64,000 nucleotides of DNA from Oceanispirochaeta sp. (lineage in GTDB: Bacteria > Spirochaetota > Spirochaetia > DSM-2461), in assembly GCA_963666275.2 (NCBI GenBank), contig CAXXOA010000001.1:256001-320000 (forward strand), written 5' to 3'. Below are positions 39,775-50,514 of the stretch, piece by piece; the stretch's first letter is position 1; the number at the start of each line of letters is the position of its first letter. The notes beneath the pieces were generated by a model. That model did no database searches, was not told the origin of the DNA, and saw only the letters and a program-made list of their open reading frames with translations. Made by a program: the position numbers and the translations under genes.

Positions 39775-41151
39775 TCAGCAGAATTTTGCGGGAAAATCTC
39801 GATTAAGCTGTATTGCATTGGTTCTGCACACTTCGGCATACCACCTGCCGCTGTCTTTTACATAGCGTTTTTCGCTCTCATAATCTGTGAAGACAATACC
39901 GAATCTTTTTGTAAATCCCAGAGACCATTCGAAATTATCAAGGAATGACCAGACAAAATATCCTTCCATTCTGACTCCCTCCTGGATCGCCTGCCAGACA
40001 GCGCCGGTATGACGGAATAAATAGTCAATTCGTTCCGGATCATGTACTTCTCCATTCTCCAGCAAATCCGGCAGGGGAGTTCCGTTTTCTGTTACCATCA
40101 GAACAGGATTATCATAATCTCTCTTTAATCGTTTCAGCAGATTATAGAGACCTTCCGCATTGTTTTCCCACTCTTCGTAATCCGAAGTGTGCATAAAAGG
40201 GTAGCGGACCTGACGGCATTTCAGAAAATTACCTCTGCTGTCATGACCGATGATACGCCTTGTATAGAAATTCACGCCCATGAAATCACTGTGAGCACTG
40301 ATATCTTTCATATCGCCGCTATGGATTTCAGGGGCATCCTGTCCGTACCACTCCATCATATCCTGCGGATAAGAGCCGTAATAGAGAGGGTCAAGGAACC
40401 AGCGGTTAAAGGCGCCGTCATGCCTGGCCGCAGCGGCCAGATCCCGGGGGGCTTCCGTGGCAGGTTCAATCCATTCCAGATTGTTTACGATCCCGGCTCT
40501 GGCGTCCCTGGAATTCTCCCTTATCACTGGAAGAGCCTTGCCATGGGCCAGGAGCATATGATGCGCTGTCTGAAGTGCTGTCTTCAAATCTTTGACTCCC
40601 GGAGCATGAGTACCATAGAGGTTACCTACAAAGGAGTATACCCAGGGTTCATTGTGGGTCATCCAGTTTTTGATGCGGTCTCCCAGGGCTTTCGTTACGG
40701 TTTCGGTGTATTGCAGATAGTAATTGACGGTTTCTCGATCAGCCCATCCTCCCCGGTCCTGTAGAAACTGGGGCAGATCCCAGTGAAAAAGTGTGGCATA
40801 GGGGGTGATCCCTTTTTCAAGCACGGTATCGATGAGCCTGGAGTAATAATCCAGACCTTCGGGGTTAAGACTTTTACAGTCCCGGCTCATTATCCGGGGC
40901 CAGGCAAGGGAAAAACGGTAGTGCCTGATATTCAAGTCCCTCATCAGAGTCAGATCGTCCCGGAAGTGATGAAAGTGATTACAGGTTACATCTCCGGTGG
41001 ATCTGTCATCGATATTACCGGGAGTATGAGAGAATGTATCCCAGATAGAAGGACTCCGTCCTCCTTCCTTTACTGCTCCCTCTATCTGGTAGGCGGCTGT
41101 GGCGGTTCCCCAAATAAAATGTTCAGGAAACTGAAATGTTCTATTGTGCAT
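39775..41151 (-). CDS. GH1 beta-glucosidase
   Basis: ATAAYQIEG, HNEP, TENG, DNFEW; ATG at 41151 preferred. Confidence 0.95.
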   Translation of the reverse strand: MHNRTFQFPEHFIWGTATAAYQIEGAVKEGGRSPSIWDTFSHTPGNIDDRSTGDVTCNHFHHFRDDLTLMRDLNIRHYRFSLAWPRIMSRDCKSLNPEGLDYYSRLIDTVLEKGITPYATLFHWDLPQFLQDRGGWADRETVNYYLQYTETVTKALGDRIKNWMTHNEPWVYSFVGNLYGTHAPGVKDLKTALQTAHHMLLAHGKALPVIRENSRDARAGIVNNLEWIEPATEAPRDLAAAARHDGAFNRWFLDPLYYGSYPQDMMEWYGQDAPEIHSGDMKDISAHSDFMGVNFYTRRIIGHDSRGNFLKCRQVRYPFMHTSDYEEWENNAEGLYNLLKRLKRDYDNPVLMVTENGTPLPDLLENGEVHDPERIDYLFRHTGAVWQAIQEGVRMEGYFVWSFLDNFEWSLGFTKRFGIVFTDYESEKRYVKDSGRWYAEVCRTNAIQLNRDFPAKFC

Positions 41152-41180
41152 AGTCTGTCTTCCTTTTGGTTTGATATTGT

Positions 41181-42848
41181 TCAATTATCTTCAGAATCGG
41201 GCGAATAAAAAAATGAGTGGAATTCAGCCCATGCGGTTCTTCTGTCCAGATCGATCACGCACATCCCCGTAAAAGTTCCATCGAAGGCGCCCGGACCGTT
41301 ATTGGTAAACTCATCGGATAAAACCGTGGCATCATAAGTCCCGCCGATTCTTACGGGAGGACAGCCGGGTCGCGAATAGGAGAAATTCAGTGACTGCTTC
41401 CGCAAAGAGGCTGTTAAAGTCCAAGGTCCCGCTTCAGGCAAAGCTGTTCTGGCTTCTTCGTACTTTGAGCCGTTCAAACTGATCATCAGCCCCAGACAGG
41501 GAATGCCGAGAGTCTCGCTGTAATAGCGGCGCAGAAAATAGAAGGTCCTGCTGCCTGTCAGGAGGATGAGCCCTGCCATCTGTCTGCTGGCCACGGGCTG
41601 AAAATCGAGCACCGTTTCCATACGGCAGGAGAAATGCTGGATTCTACGGGCAATCAGGGAAAAATCATGGGACGAATAGGGGGAGTTCCTCCCTCTGAGA
41701 CTGAGGACTCCGGGGGTTCTGTCCAGAGAACACCATGTCTTTTCGGGCCTGTCTTTCAGACTGACAAATTCCACCGGCATTCGGCCTTCGGAAAAGCTGG
41801 TTCTGCCGCTGGCTGTGACATCAGTTGCATTGGTTTCCTTCATCATCAGATCTATTTTGTCCGAAGGGAAGGGCGGTGTCCGGGCCAGTTCGGGCCATCC
41901 CTCATGCCAGAGGATTTTCTGTACCGCCGTTTCACGGTTGAGTATACAGCGCTGCTGGGGCATGACTGGGCGGGCGCAGAGATGAAAGAGAAGGCTCTCT
42001 CCCTCTTCCGTATCTATGATCGATCCATGACCGGCTTTCTGAAGAGTCAGCAGGGGGTTGTAGAACCGGGGTTTTAAAAAATCAGGATCACTGTCTATTA
42101 CTCCTGGAGCGGGATCCGGGCGGGAGGTCAGGAGAGGACCCCGGGGCGAGTCCTCATAGGGGCCGGTAATACTCCTGGAGCGGGAGATTTTTACAGCATG
42201 TCCGTATCCTGTTCCCCCTTCTGCGGTGATCAGGTAGTAGTAACCCTCTCTTTTAATGATATGGGGGCCTTCGGTACAGCCGAACAGGGGATCTCCCCTG
42301 TAGAGTATGACGGATTCCCCTGTGAGCTTCCTTGATTCGGCATCAAATTCCTGAAGTATGATAGGACCCGGATGAGAGTATCCCTGCCTGAACTCCCAGG
42401 CCAGGTTCAGCAGCCAGGATCTGCCGTCCTCATCATGGAAAAGAGAGGGATCGAATCCGCTGGAATTCAGATACACCGGATCAGACCAGGGGCCTGTGAT
42501 CTCCGGGGAGGTTACCAGATAGTTGTTCAGATCAAAAAAAGAACTGCTCAGGGATTTTACATCCGTATATACAAGATAGAACAATCCGGTTCTATTGTTG
42601 AAACTAATCTGGGGAGCCCATATCCCGCAGGAATCGGGGTTGCCCCTAAGGTCGAGCTGCTCTTTTCTGTCGAGTAGATGCCCTTTGAGTGTCCAGTTTT
42701 TCAAGTCCCTCGAGTGATAGAGGGGGACTCCGGGAAACCAGTTGAATGAACTGGTTATGATATAATAGTCCCGGCCGACACGGATAGCCGATGGATCGGC
42801 ATTAAAACCGGGAAGTATGGGATTTTTGATTGTGAGAATCTTTTTCAT
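41181..42848 (-). CDS. GH43 beta-xylosidase/arabinofuranosidase
   Basis: NPILPGFNADPS, WAPQ, GFDPSLF, TEGPH, AEGGTG, GHGS, C-terminal beta-sandwich. Confidence 0.92.
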   Translation of the reverse strand: MKKILTIKNPILPGFNADPSAIRVGRDYYIITSSFNWFPGVPLYHSRDLKNWTLKGHLLDRKEQLDLRGNPDSCGIWAPQISFNNRTGLFYLVYTDVKSLSSSFFDLNNYLVTSPEITGPWSDPVYLNSSGFDPSLFHDEDGRSWLLNLAWEFRQGYSHPGPIILQEFDAESRKLTGESVILYRGDPLFGCTEGPHIIKREGYYYLITAEGGTGYGHAVKISRSRSITGPYEDSPRGPLLTSRPDPAPGVIDSDPDFLKPRFYNPLLTLQKAGHGSIIDTEEGESLLFHLCARPVMPQQRCILNRETAVQKILWHEGWPELARTPPFPSDKIDLMMKETNATDVTASGRTSFSEGRMPVEFVSLKDRPEKTWCSLDRTPGVLSLRGRNSPYSSHDFSLIARRIQHFSCRMETVLDFQPVASRQMAGLILLTGSRTFYFLRRYYSETLGIPCLGLMISLNGSKYEEARTALPEAGPWTLTASLRKQSLNFSYSRPGCPPVRIGGTYDATVLSDEFTNNGPGAFDGTFTGMCVIDLDRRTAWAEFHSFFYSPDSEDN

Positions 42849-42852
42849 GGGA

Positions 42853-43683
42853 CTAACCCTTTACTGATCCGGCAGTGACCCCGGCAATAATCCGCTTTGA
42901 AAAAATAAAATATAGAATAATGGGGATAACCGCTACGATAACCATACAGGCAAACTGTACCGCATAGTCCGAGGCATATTCCCCTTCAAAGCGGATGATG
43001 GAAAAGGGAAGCGTCCTTTTGGTTTCAGTCGCCAGATAGGTATTAGCCATAATAAACTCATTCCAGCTATTGATGAACGCCATGATTCCCACAGTCACAA
43101 ATCCGGGTTTGGCCATTGGAGCAATGATCCTCAGAAGGATCGTTCCGAGACCCGCACCGTCCAGATAAGCCGATTCCTCCATGGCATAGGGTAGGGAATG
43201 GAGAAAACCTGTGAACATTAGTACACTGAAAGCAAGAAAGAATGCTGTATAGGGAATAATCAGTCCTAACCGCGTATCAATAAGGCCGAATCGCTGAAAC
43301 CAGACAAAGTTGGGAAGCAGAGTCGTATGTATCGGTATAACCATTCCCAGCAGGACAAAATTGTAAATAACTTTTCTCAGTTTCCATCTCATACGGCTGC
43401 AGGCGTATGCTATGGTAAAAGAGAGAAACAGAATCAGCAGGATCGAAAAGCTTACCACAATGACGCTGTTTAAGAGGTACTGGGGAATCCGTCCGTCCGT
43501 CCAGGCTCTCAGATAGTTCCCCCATTGGGGAGTTTCGGGAATATCAAAAAGCTTCTGACCGAAAAGATTGGAACTCTTCTGAAGTGAGTAGTTGAACAGC
43601 CAGAAAAGGGGGAACAACTGGGCAAGAGCTATGAGTATAAGAAAGATAAAGATTATAATCTGTCCGATGGATAGTTTTTTCAT
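42853..43683 (-). CDS. Carbohydrate ABC permease (MalG-type)
   Basis: EESAYLDGA EAA loop, SWNEF, GVTAGSVKG. Confidence 0.93.
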   Translation of the reverse strand: MKKLSIGQIIIFIFLILIALAQLFPLFWLFNYSLQKSSNLFGQKLFDIPETPQWGNYLRAWTDGRIPQYLLNSVIVVSFSILLILFLSFTIAYACSRMRWKLRKVIYNFVLLGMVIPIHTTLLPNFVWFQRFGLIDTRLGLIIPYTAFFLAFSVLMFTGFLHSLPYAMEESAYLDGAGLGTILLRIIAPMAKPGFVTVGIMAFINSWNEFIMANTYLATETKRTLPFSIIRFEGEYASDYAVQFACMVIVAVIPIILYFIFSKRIIAGVTAGSVKG

Positions 43684-43686
43684 GCC

Positions 43687-44580
43687 TTACTCCTCAAGAT
43701 TCTCATTGGCCCTGGAGAGGTATTTCTGGGCCAGCAGGGTGATAGTCAGAGCAACGATCACAAATACAATAGAAATTGCATTCCCATAGCCGTAGCGGGA
43801 GTAGCGGAAGGCCTGTTCATAGAGGTGGTAGGCCACGAACTGAGTCAGGTTTCCCGGGCCGCCTTCGGTTGAAAGCAGAACAATTTCCATCTGCTTCAGG
43901 CAGGATGTTATGTCTATAATTATGACAGCCTGAATGACAGGCAGCATGTAGGGTATTATCACTGACGTATAACGTCTAACCGGTCCTGCCCCGTCCATAA
44001 CTGCGGCCTCGTGAAGTTCTTTCGGGACTGTTGTCAGACCTGAGTAATAGAACAGAAGCGCCCAGCCGAAGCCGTGCCAGACTGTTATGAAAATTATAGA
44101 TCCCAGAGCTGTTTTCGGATCGCTTATCCAGCTGTGCTGCCAGCTTTCCAGCCCTACAGATGCAAGAAGCTTGTTTATAAGTCCGTAATTGGGATTCATA
44201 ATATTGGTCCACAGCTTTGTTATCACCACCACAGTTAAAATGGCGGGTATAAAATATATGGTTCTCAGAAAAAGTGAGTATTTTTCTTTCAATTGATTCA
44301 GAACAGACGCAAGGATAAATGCCAGGGGATTCTGTATGAATACGGTTACGATCAGCAACAGGAATGCGTTCAGAAGGGAACGCCAGAATGTGGCGTCCTG
44401 CAGGATTACTTCCCTGTAGTTTGCCAGGCCTGTGAAGTCTCTGGCCCCGAAACCCGACCAGTCGGTAAAACTGTAATACACACTCAGAAGTATGGGCGCC
44501 ACTATGGCAAAGAGCATAATCAGCACTCCCGGGCCGACAAGCCAGAAAATGGTTCTCTTACTTGTAAATAATTGGTTCAT
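43687..44580 (-). CDS. Carbohydrate ABC permease (MalF-type)
   Basis: YSFTDW, GLANY, EAAVMDGA, GGPG. Confidence 0.93.
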   Translation of the reverse strand: MNQLFTSKRTIFWLVGPGVLIMLFAIVAPILLSVYYSFTDWSGFGARDFTGLANYREVILQDATFWRSLLNAFLLLIVTVFIQNPLAFILASVLNQLKEKYSLFLRTIYFIPAILTVVVITKLWTNIMNPNYGLINKLLASVGLESWQHSWISDPKTALGSIIFITVWHGFGWALLFYYSGLTTVPKELHEAAVMDGAGPVRRYTSVIIPYMLPVIQAVIIIDITSCLKQMEIVLLSTEGGPGNLTQFVAYHLYEQAFRYSRYGYGNAISIVFVIVALTITLLAQKYLSRANENLEE

Positions 44581-44611
44581 TCTTTTAGCCTTTGAAAATC
44601 TTTAAAATAGA

Positions 44612-44635
44612 CTTCCCTGCATTTCTGCAGGGAAG
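44612..44635. other. Intercistronic stem-loop after SBP gene
   Basis: CTTCCCTGCA-TTTC-TGCAGGGAAG. Confidence 0.55.
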
Positions 44636-44645
44636 CAGAGGCCGG

Positions 44646-45962
44646 TTATTTAAGAGCTTTCTGGAGAGCTTCGTCCAGAGAGGTGCAGAACTGCTGAGGA
44701 GTAATAATACCGGCAGCAAGGTCTTTGCAGAGTTTTTGATGGGATTCCTTGAAAGCCGCATCCAGCATGTCCAGAGAAGTTGTCCCGCTGGTTGCGCGTG
44801 CGGAACCGCTGATACTCAGAAGATCTTTTGCCAGTTGATTGTCATCGTCGTTGGGTTCGATAGCCTGGGCGGGAAAACCGGCCTGAAGATCCCACATGAT
44901 TTTAGGATATTCCCGGGCATATAATTCCAGATAGTCCATGGCAAGGTCCTCATAATCGCTGTCGGCTTTGACTATATAGTTTCCGCCGTACCAGGCAATC
45001 AGATTGTTTCTCTGATCCTCTCTGCCGGCTATCACTGGGAATTTGGCGGCTCTGACATTTGTACGAAACCTTTCCGAGAAGTTTTCATCGCTGGCCATAC
45101 CCATTTCCCAGGGGCCCATCAGATACATGGCTGCCTGTTCCTGACCGAAAAGGTTCCGGGAGGCGCCATAATCCGTGGTGACAAGATCATTCCTGAAAAT
45201 ACCGCTTTCATAGAAAATTTCCTGGTAGAGCTCGGCAGCTTTCAGGAATTCAGGATCCGTGAAATGCCTCTTTCCCTGGAGGGCTTCAGACATGACACTG
45301 TAGTCTCCCGTGACTCTCCAGAGAATATTGTCGTAACTGATACTCAGGGGCCAGCCGTCTTTTCCGTCAGTAACCGCCGGGATGTATCCGGCTGCGGAGA
45401 GTGCAGCCGCTGCGGACTTCATTTCGGTAAATGTGGTAGGGACGTCTATTCCCACTTCGTCAAAAATCGCTTTATTATAAAACACAACCCAGAAGTCTGC
45501 CGTCAGGGGAATTCCGTACAGTTCTCCGCCGTAAACATTTCCCTCCAGAGCGCCGGGCATCCAGGGCAGGGACGCAAAACGCCTTCTGTCCAGGGGTTCC
45601 ACCATCCTACTGTCAACTAGTGGTTTCAGCAGTGTGGAAAAACTCCAGTATTTCATAATATCCGGAAGCTGTCCGGCAGTGGCGTATATCTTGATTTTCT
45701 GCTGATAGGGCTGATCCTGATAGCTTTCCACATCAAATGATACTTCCGGATGCTGTTTAATGAATTCTCTGTTGATGGCTTCCGCTACCGCACCGAGCCC
45801 TACAGTTCTATCGGGCAGATTATCCCCCATTTTAATAACCACCGAATCACCGGCGGCATCACTCTGACCCGAAGCAAAAAGAAACCCTGTCGAAAGCAGC
45901 AGAACCAGTGAAAAGACTAGTGTTTTCATCCGATACTTCATTGAAATTCTCCTTTGTGTCAC
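44646..45962 (-). CDS. Carbohydrate ABC substrate-binding protein
   Basis: Signal ending FASGQ, LPDI, LYGIP, FYNKAIF, AAMYLMGPW; true start probably a few codons downstream. Confidence 0.9.
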   Translation of the reverse strand: MTQRRISMKYRMKTLVFSLVLLLSTGFLFASGQSDAAGDSVVIKMGDNLPDRTVGLGAVAEAINREFIKQHPEVSFDVESYQDQPYQQKIKIYATAGQLPDIMKYWSFSTLLKPLVDSRMVEPLDRRRFASLPWMPGALEGNVYGGELYGIPLTADFWVVFYNKAIFDEVGIDVPTTFTEMKSAAAALSAAGYIPAVTDGKDGWPLSISYDNILWRVTGDYSVMSEALQGKRHFTDPEFLKAAELYQEIFYESGIFRNDLVTTDYGASRNLFGQEQAAMYLMGPWEMGMASDENFSERFRTNVRAAKFPVIAGREDQRNNLIAWYGGNYIVKADSDYEDLAMDYLELYAREYPKIMWDLQAGFPAQAIEPNDDDNQLAKDLLSISGSARATSGTTSLDMLDAAFKESHQKLCKDLAAGIITPQQFCTSLDEALQKALK

Positions 45963-46073
45963 TGTTTATCCCAAGGCGGAAAACAGTAGAAATGATTTGA
46001 TCTGTTTTCAGATTAACACTGGATTTCCTATCCAGAAATGAATCTGGTTATGGTTTCTTGATCTTTTGAATGA

Positions 46074-47243
46074 TTAGTTCTTCCCTTGGGAGGCATACCT
46101 GTTGGGGGTCATTCCTGTGGCTTTTTTGAAAATCCTTGAAAAGTGCTCTACATTGGGATATCCGACATTTTCACTGATTTCATAAACTTTAAGATTGGTT
46201 GCCAGAAGAAGTTCCTTTGCCTGATCCACCCTTACTTTCGTCACATAATCTCTGAAAGTGATTCCCGTTTCTTTATGGAACTGAGAACTCAGATGGGGTT
46301 TGCTGACTTCGACAAAGGAGCTGACTTCCTCCAGGGACAAGGTGGAGGAGGCAAAGTTTTTTTTGATGAATTTTTTCGCTTTTCTTATAATCCTACTCTC
46401 GATGGCCGGGAGGGAGCGTACATAACTGTATTGTCCGGGAATATCCTGGAGGGTTTCGCACTGACAGCTTATAGCATAATCCAGAGAGATATCCATACCA
46501 TTCTGTATGATTTCCAAAAAGTCCCGGCAAAAGGATTCGCAGGTGTTTATTGCGGATTCCAGGCCCTTTTCGACAGAGATTAGAAAAAAAAACTCGCCCT
46601 TTTCTGTCAGAAAAAATGTAACGGTCATCTCTCTTTTTTTCAGAAACTGGGATGCCTGCAGTTTGAGCATTTCCCTCTGAGTTTCCTGAATCGTCTCATT
46701 GCCCCACATATAGCAGAGACGGATCGGCGGCTGGATCCGGATCCCCAGATCTGCCAGGACAGGGAGGGTTATTTCAGGATTCCGGTTTTCAAAAAGGTCC
46801 ATAAGGAGCCTTTGTTTCAGATAGTTCAGGTCTTTTGTATTTAGGGCTGATGTACTGATACCGGAGGGGGAAATCTCATCCTTTTTTCTATTCAGAAGGT
46901 CAAGAAGAGTCGTTTCATCCAGATCTGATTTTAGAATGTAATCAAGAGCTCTCAGTTGAAATGCTTCTCTCACATAGGAATAGTTGTCATTGGCACTGAG
47001 GACTATGACATGGGGAGGGTTCTCCCATTTTTCAAGTTCTCTTAGAAATTCCAGTCCGTCCATGACGGGCATTTGAATGTCCAGCAGGATCAGATCCACA
47101 GTATTATTCCGAAGTTGAAACAGGGCGTCTCTCCCGTCAGAGGCTTCACAGGAAAAGGTAAATCCGTGTTCTTCCCAGTTCAGAAAAGACTGGATCGAAG
47201 CTCTGACAAGGGGTTCATCATCTACGATCATCAGGGATAACAT
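46074..47243 (-). CDS. YesN-like response regulator (REC + AraC)
   Basis: VDDE, LDIQMPVMDG, YILK; C-terminal AraC HTH. Confidence 0.93.
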   Translation of the reverse strand: MLSLMIVDDEPLVRASIQSFLNWEEHGFTFSCEASDGRDALFQLRNNTVDLILLDIQMPVMDGLEFLRELEKWENPPHVIVLSANDNYSYVREAFQLRALDYILKSDLDETTLLDLLNRKKDEISPSGISTSALNTKDLNYLKQRLLMDLFENRNPEITLPVLADLGIRIQPPIRLCYMWGNETIQETQREMLKLQASQFLKKREMTVTFFLTEKGEFFFLISVEKGLESAINTCESFCRDFLEIIQNGMDISLDYAISCQCETLQDIPGQYSYVRSLPAIESRIIRKAKKFIKKNFASSTLSLEEVSSFVEVSKPHLSSQFHKETGITFRDYVTKVRVDQAKELLLATNLKVYEISENVGYPNVEHFSRIFKKATGMTPNRYASQGKN

Positions 47244-48996
47244 CAGAAATCTCCTTATTCAGCGGCAGGTAAATATCCGTGCGGGTATAAAAATCCGGAC
47301 GGCTTCTCATTAAAAGACCGTATTCCTCTCCGTAATTCAGCTTGATTCGTCTATTCACATTATATATACCAATTCTCGTGAGGGTTCCCGCAGGGGAGGA
47401 GTCGGGTTTAACAGGGAAAGGATTTTCTTTCAGATCCACCCCGCACCCGTTATCACATATTCTCAAAAGCAGTTTCTTTTCCTTTCCTATGGCGTGGATT
47501 TGTATCAGTATATAGCCTTTCCCCTTTTTCCGGGAAAATCCATGGATAATAGAATTTTCAATGATAGGCTGAAGCAGCATTTTCAGAATGGAATAGGATG
47601 CCAGTTCCGGGGCTATGGAAAAGCGGAGCTCAATAGGAGTACTGAAGCGTACCTTCATAATGTGGACATAGCTCTCCAGGGATTTCATCTCTTCCTGCAG
47701 AGTCGTCTTATTTCCCTCTCCCCGAAAACTGTCATTTATGATCTGCATTAACGAAGATGTCATATTTTTAATGTTTTCATTTTTTTTCACCACAGCCATA
47801 AGTCGGATGGCATTCAGAGTATTGGCAACAAAATGAGGATTGATCTGATACTGTAGAGCCTGAAGTTCAAGAAGGCTCTTTTCCCTGTCTATACTGGTCT
47901 GTTTTTCTGTCAGTTCCCTTACCTGATTTATCATTCTGTTGAAACTGTGAAACAGATGATTCAATTCCGGCTGATCCGGAACCTGAACCCTGACAGCATA
48001 ATCTCCTTTTTCTACAAGCTGCATTTTTTCAATAAGCATGTTGAGAGGAGATATCATGTTATGAAAAAAGAAAAACGTATACAGAATAAAAAAGATGAAC
48101 AGAACAGCAAAAATAAGATAGAAGAAGCGCCGAATCCTGTAAAAGGGTTGGAGAAAGGCATGAATATCTATGACATGATGGAGAGTCCAATCGGTACTCT
48201 CTATTGTAGAGGTCAGAACCAGCCATCTTGATCTATCTGTTTTTCCATTACTTTCAGGATTTTCCAGAGAGTCCACCATGCTATTTCCTTGCGGTGCCAG
48301 AATAACATTTCCCTCAGCATCGGTCAGATAGGAAAACTGCTGAAGTGAGGAGCTGCTGTAAATCTTATTGAGTATTTTTATCTTATAGGCAAACAGGACT
48401 TTTTCAATGGAAAGCCCGTTTTCTGTCGGCCCCGGATGAACCGCCAGATAGAGGAGGGGATCTTCGGATTCCCCGGGACTATTCCTGTAGATATTGAAAA
48501 AATCGTCCGAGATATGGACTACACCTCTGGTTTCTTCAACTGATTTCAGCAGACGTTCATCCGGAAGCGGATTCTCCGGCAGATTCGCAATCATTGGGAA
48601 GTTCCGGAACAGAAAGACTGGTTTGTTCCTTGTATAGACGAAAACAATTCCCACTTTACTTGTGTAAAGGAACAGGCGGCTCAGTTCCAGATCCAGAGCT
48701 TCGCTCTGTCTGTATATATCCTGCGGATCCACGGCGCTGTCGTAAAGGTCGCAGACCACTTTAAAGTTATCATTATGGATCAGAGCACTGGAGAGTATAG
48801 AGACTGATGCGATTTCATTGTTGAGATTGGATGCTATCTGATTTACTGTTTCCTGCATTTGGATCTTTGTCAGATCACTCTGATACCGGCTGTATGTGAC
48901 ACTAGTGATGAAGGTGAAGATAAAAACGGGGGCAATGACAAGCAGGAGGAAACTGAGTAGGTATTTGATGGATAGAGTGTGAATCTTCAGGTTCAT
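47218..48996 (-). CDS. YesM/LytS-like sensor histidine kinase
   Basis: LQYQINPHF, LQPIIENSIIHG, DNGCG, IGIYNV. Confidence 0.93.
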   Translation of the reverse strand: MNLKIHTLSIKYLLSFLLLVIAPVFIFTFITSVTYSRYQSDLTKIQMQETVNQIASNLNNEIASVSILSSALIHNDNFKVVCDLYDSAVDPQDIYRQSEALDLELSRLFLYTSKVGIVFVYTRNKPVFLFRNFPMIANLPENPLPDERLLKSVEETRGVVHISDDFFNIYRNSPGESEDPLLYLAVHPGPTENGLSIEKVLFAYKIKILNKIYSSSSLQQFSYLTDAEGNVILAPQGNSMVDSLENPESNGKTDRSRWLVLTSTIESTDWTLHHVIDIHAFLQPFYRIRRFFYLIFAVLFIFFILYTFFFFHNMISPLNMLIEKMQLVEKGDYAVRVQVPDQPELNHLFHSFNRMINQVRELTEKQTSIDREKSLLELQALQYQINPHFVANTLNAIRLMAVVKKNENIKNMTSSLMQIINDSFRGEGNKTTLQEEMKSLESYVHIMKVRFSTPIELRFSIAPELASYSILKMLLQPIIENSIIHGFSRKKGKGYILIQIHAIGKEKKLLLRICDNGCGVDLKENPFPVKPDSSPAGTLTRIGIYNVNRRIKLNYGEEYGLLMRSRPDFYTRTDIYLPLNKEISDVIPDDRR

Positions 48997-49101
48997 TTAT
49001 GATTTGTCTCTCATAATATCATCCGATTTATGATTTAACAAATACAGTCTTTACTTTCTTTCCGGGCCTCCCTCTCAGAGGAGATGTATAGGCTTGATCT
49101 T

Positions 49102-49147
49102 AAAAAAAAAAGCTGCAACTAACCCTTTCGGATCTGTAGCAGCTTTT
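49102..49147 (-). terminator. Intrinsic terminator of tat/AOR operon
   Basis: AAAAGCTGC...GCAGCTTTT stem with U-run on minus strand. Confidence 0.65.
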
Positions 49148-49181
49148 CTTAAATCAGACGAATTCCGATTAAAGTGAGAAA

Positions 49182-49364
49182 TTAATCTTTCTTTTCTTTT
49201 GTTTCTTCAGACTTACCGTCCAGCTCGGATGAACCTTCTTCCATTCCGTCTTTGAACTCTTTCTTGGCTTTACCGAGATTTCTTGCAAACTTGGGAATAG
49301 CCGAAGCTCCGAAAAGGAGTACAACAACTCCTCCGATTACCATGACTTCTGTTGTTCCTAACAT
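49182..49364 (-). CDS. tatA: Twin-arginine translocase TatA
   Basis: VLLFG..IPKFARNLGKAKKEFK. Confidence 0.92.
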   Translation of the reverse strand: MLGTTEVMVIGGVVVLLFGASAIPKFARNLGKAKKEFKDGMEEGSSELDGKSEETKEKKD

Positions 49365-49366
49365 AA

Positions 49367-49735
49367 TTATGACTCCTTCTGTTCATCCGGCTTCTCCCCG
49401 GATGAATCGCTTTTATTTATTATTGGGGACGTATCCTCTTTCTTTTCAGTTAAATCATTCGGGTTAAAGGATAAATCCTTTTTAAGGGCTGTATCAAAAT
49501 TCGCGACTTCGCTCCGCATTCTTGCGTTCATCGCCCGGATCTCTTTCATCTCTTCATCGATCCCGATCTCTTTTTCAATATTCATGGCTTCTTTCTTCAC
49601 CATGGTATAATAGTAGTAGACCCTTGCCCATACTTTTCCGATTTTCCGGAAGATCATCGGCAGTTCCTGGGGTTTTACAAATATGAGCAGCAAAGCTGCA
49701 ATTATCAGTATTTCCTGAAAACCTATTCCGTTCAT
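49367..49735 (-). CDS. tatB: Twin-arginine translocase TatB
   Basis: IGFQEILII...PQELP..RKIGK; between tatC and tatA. Confidence 0.8.
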   Translation of the reverse strand: MNGIGFQEILIIAALLLIFVKPQELPMIFRKIGKVWARVYYYYTMVKKEAMNIEKEIGIDEEMKEIRAMNARMRSEVANFDTALKKDLSFNPNDLTEKKEDTSPIINKSDSSGEKPDEQKES

Positions 49736-50514
49736 TGACTAACCTCTTCTCCTTCTCCGAACCGGAATATCTTGGCCACCAGAATAGCACAGAAATAAAG
49801 AATGATCAGCGGGGTGGAGATGATACACTGGGAAATAAAATCCGGAGGCGTTATGATGGCCGCTGCGATAAATACAAGGACAATCACAAAGCGGCTGGCC
49901 TTAAAAAGAGCTTTCCGGGAGAACACATTTAAAATCAGCAGAACCTCCAGAAGGATGGGGAACTGAAAACTCAGCATGATCATCAGGATAAACCGGAAAA
50001 TATAGAGAACGTTTTTCTGATAGTTCAGCATAAATCCCACATTCTCGGGGAGAAAGCCGCTGCTTGTGAAAAACTTAACAGTCAGTGGCAGAATGTAGTA
50101 ATAACCGTAGTAAAACCCTACAAGAACCAGCAGGGCCCCACAGACAAGAGCTCCGAAAAGGACATTTTTCTCTTTCCGCCTGAGGGCGGGCAGAGAGAAC
50201 CTGACAATCATGAAAATTATAATGGGAGCGGCCAGGGTCAGTCCGGCCATAACCGATATTTTCAGTTTTGTCAGAAATCCTTCGAAAAGGAAGTTCACAA
50301 AAAGGGTATCTGATGTTTCCAGTCCTTCCATGGTGGAGAAGGGTTCATACAGGAAGTTGATAACCGGGTCGAAAAAATAAAAGGCTACCGCACTGCAGAC
50401 AACAAGAGCGATGATGGAGACAAGGAACACATTCCTCAATTCCCTGATATGGGTCATGATGGGCTGTTCGATTAAAGTTTCCTCTTGAGGATTATTCTTT
50501 TTTTTCTTTTTCAT
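49732..50514 (-). CDS. tatC: Twin-arginine translocase TatC
   Basis: HIRELR, PAL...EK, FQFP, AAIITPPD. Confidence 0.93.
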   Translation of the reverse strand: MKKKKKNNPQEETLIEQPIMTHIRELRNVFLVSIIALVVCSAVAFYFFDPVINFLYEPFSTMEGLETSDTLFVNFLFEGFLTKLKISVMAGLTLAAPIIIFMIVRFSLPALRRKEKNVLFGALVCGALLVLVGFYYGYYYILPLTVKFFTSSGFLPENVGFMLNYQKNVLYIFRFILMIMLSFQFPILLEVLLILNVFSRKALFKASRFVIVLVFIAAAIITPPDFISQCIISTPLIILYFCAILVAKIFRFGEGEEVSQ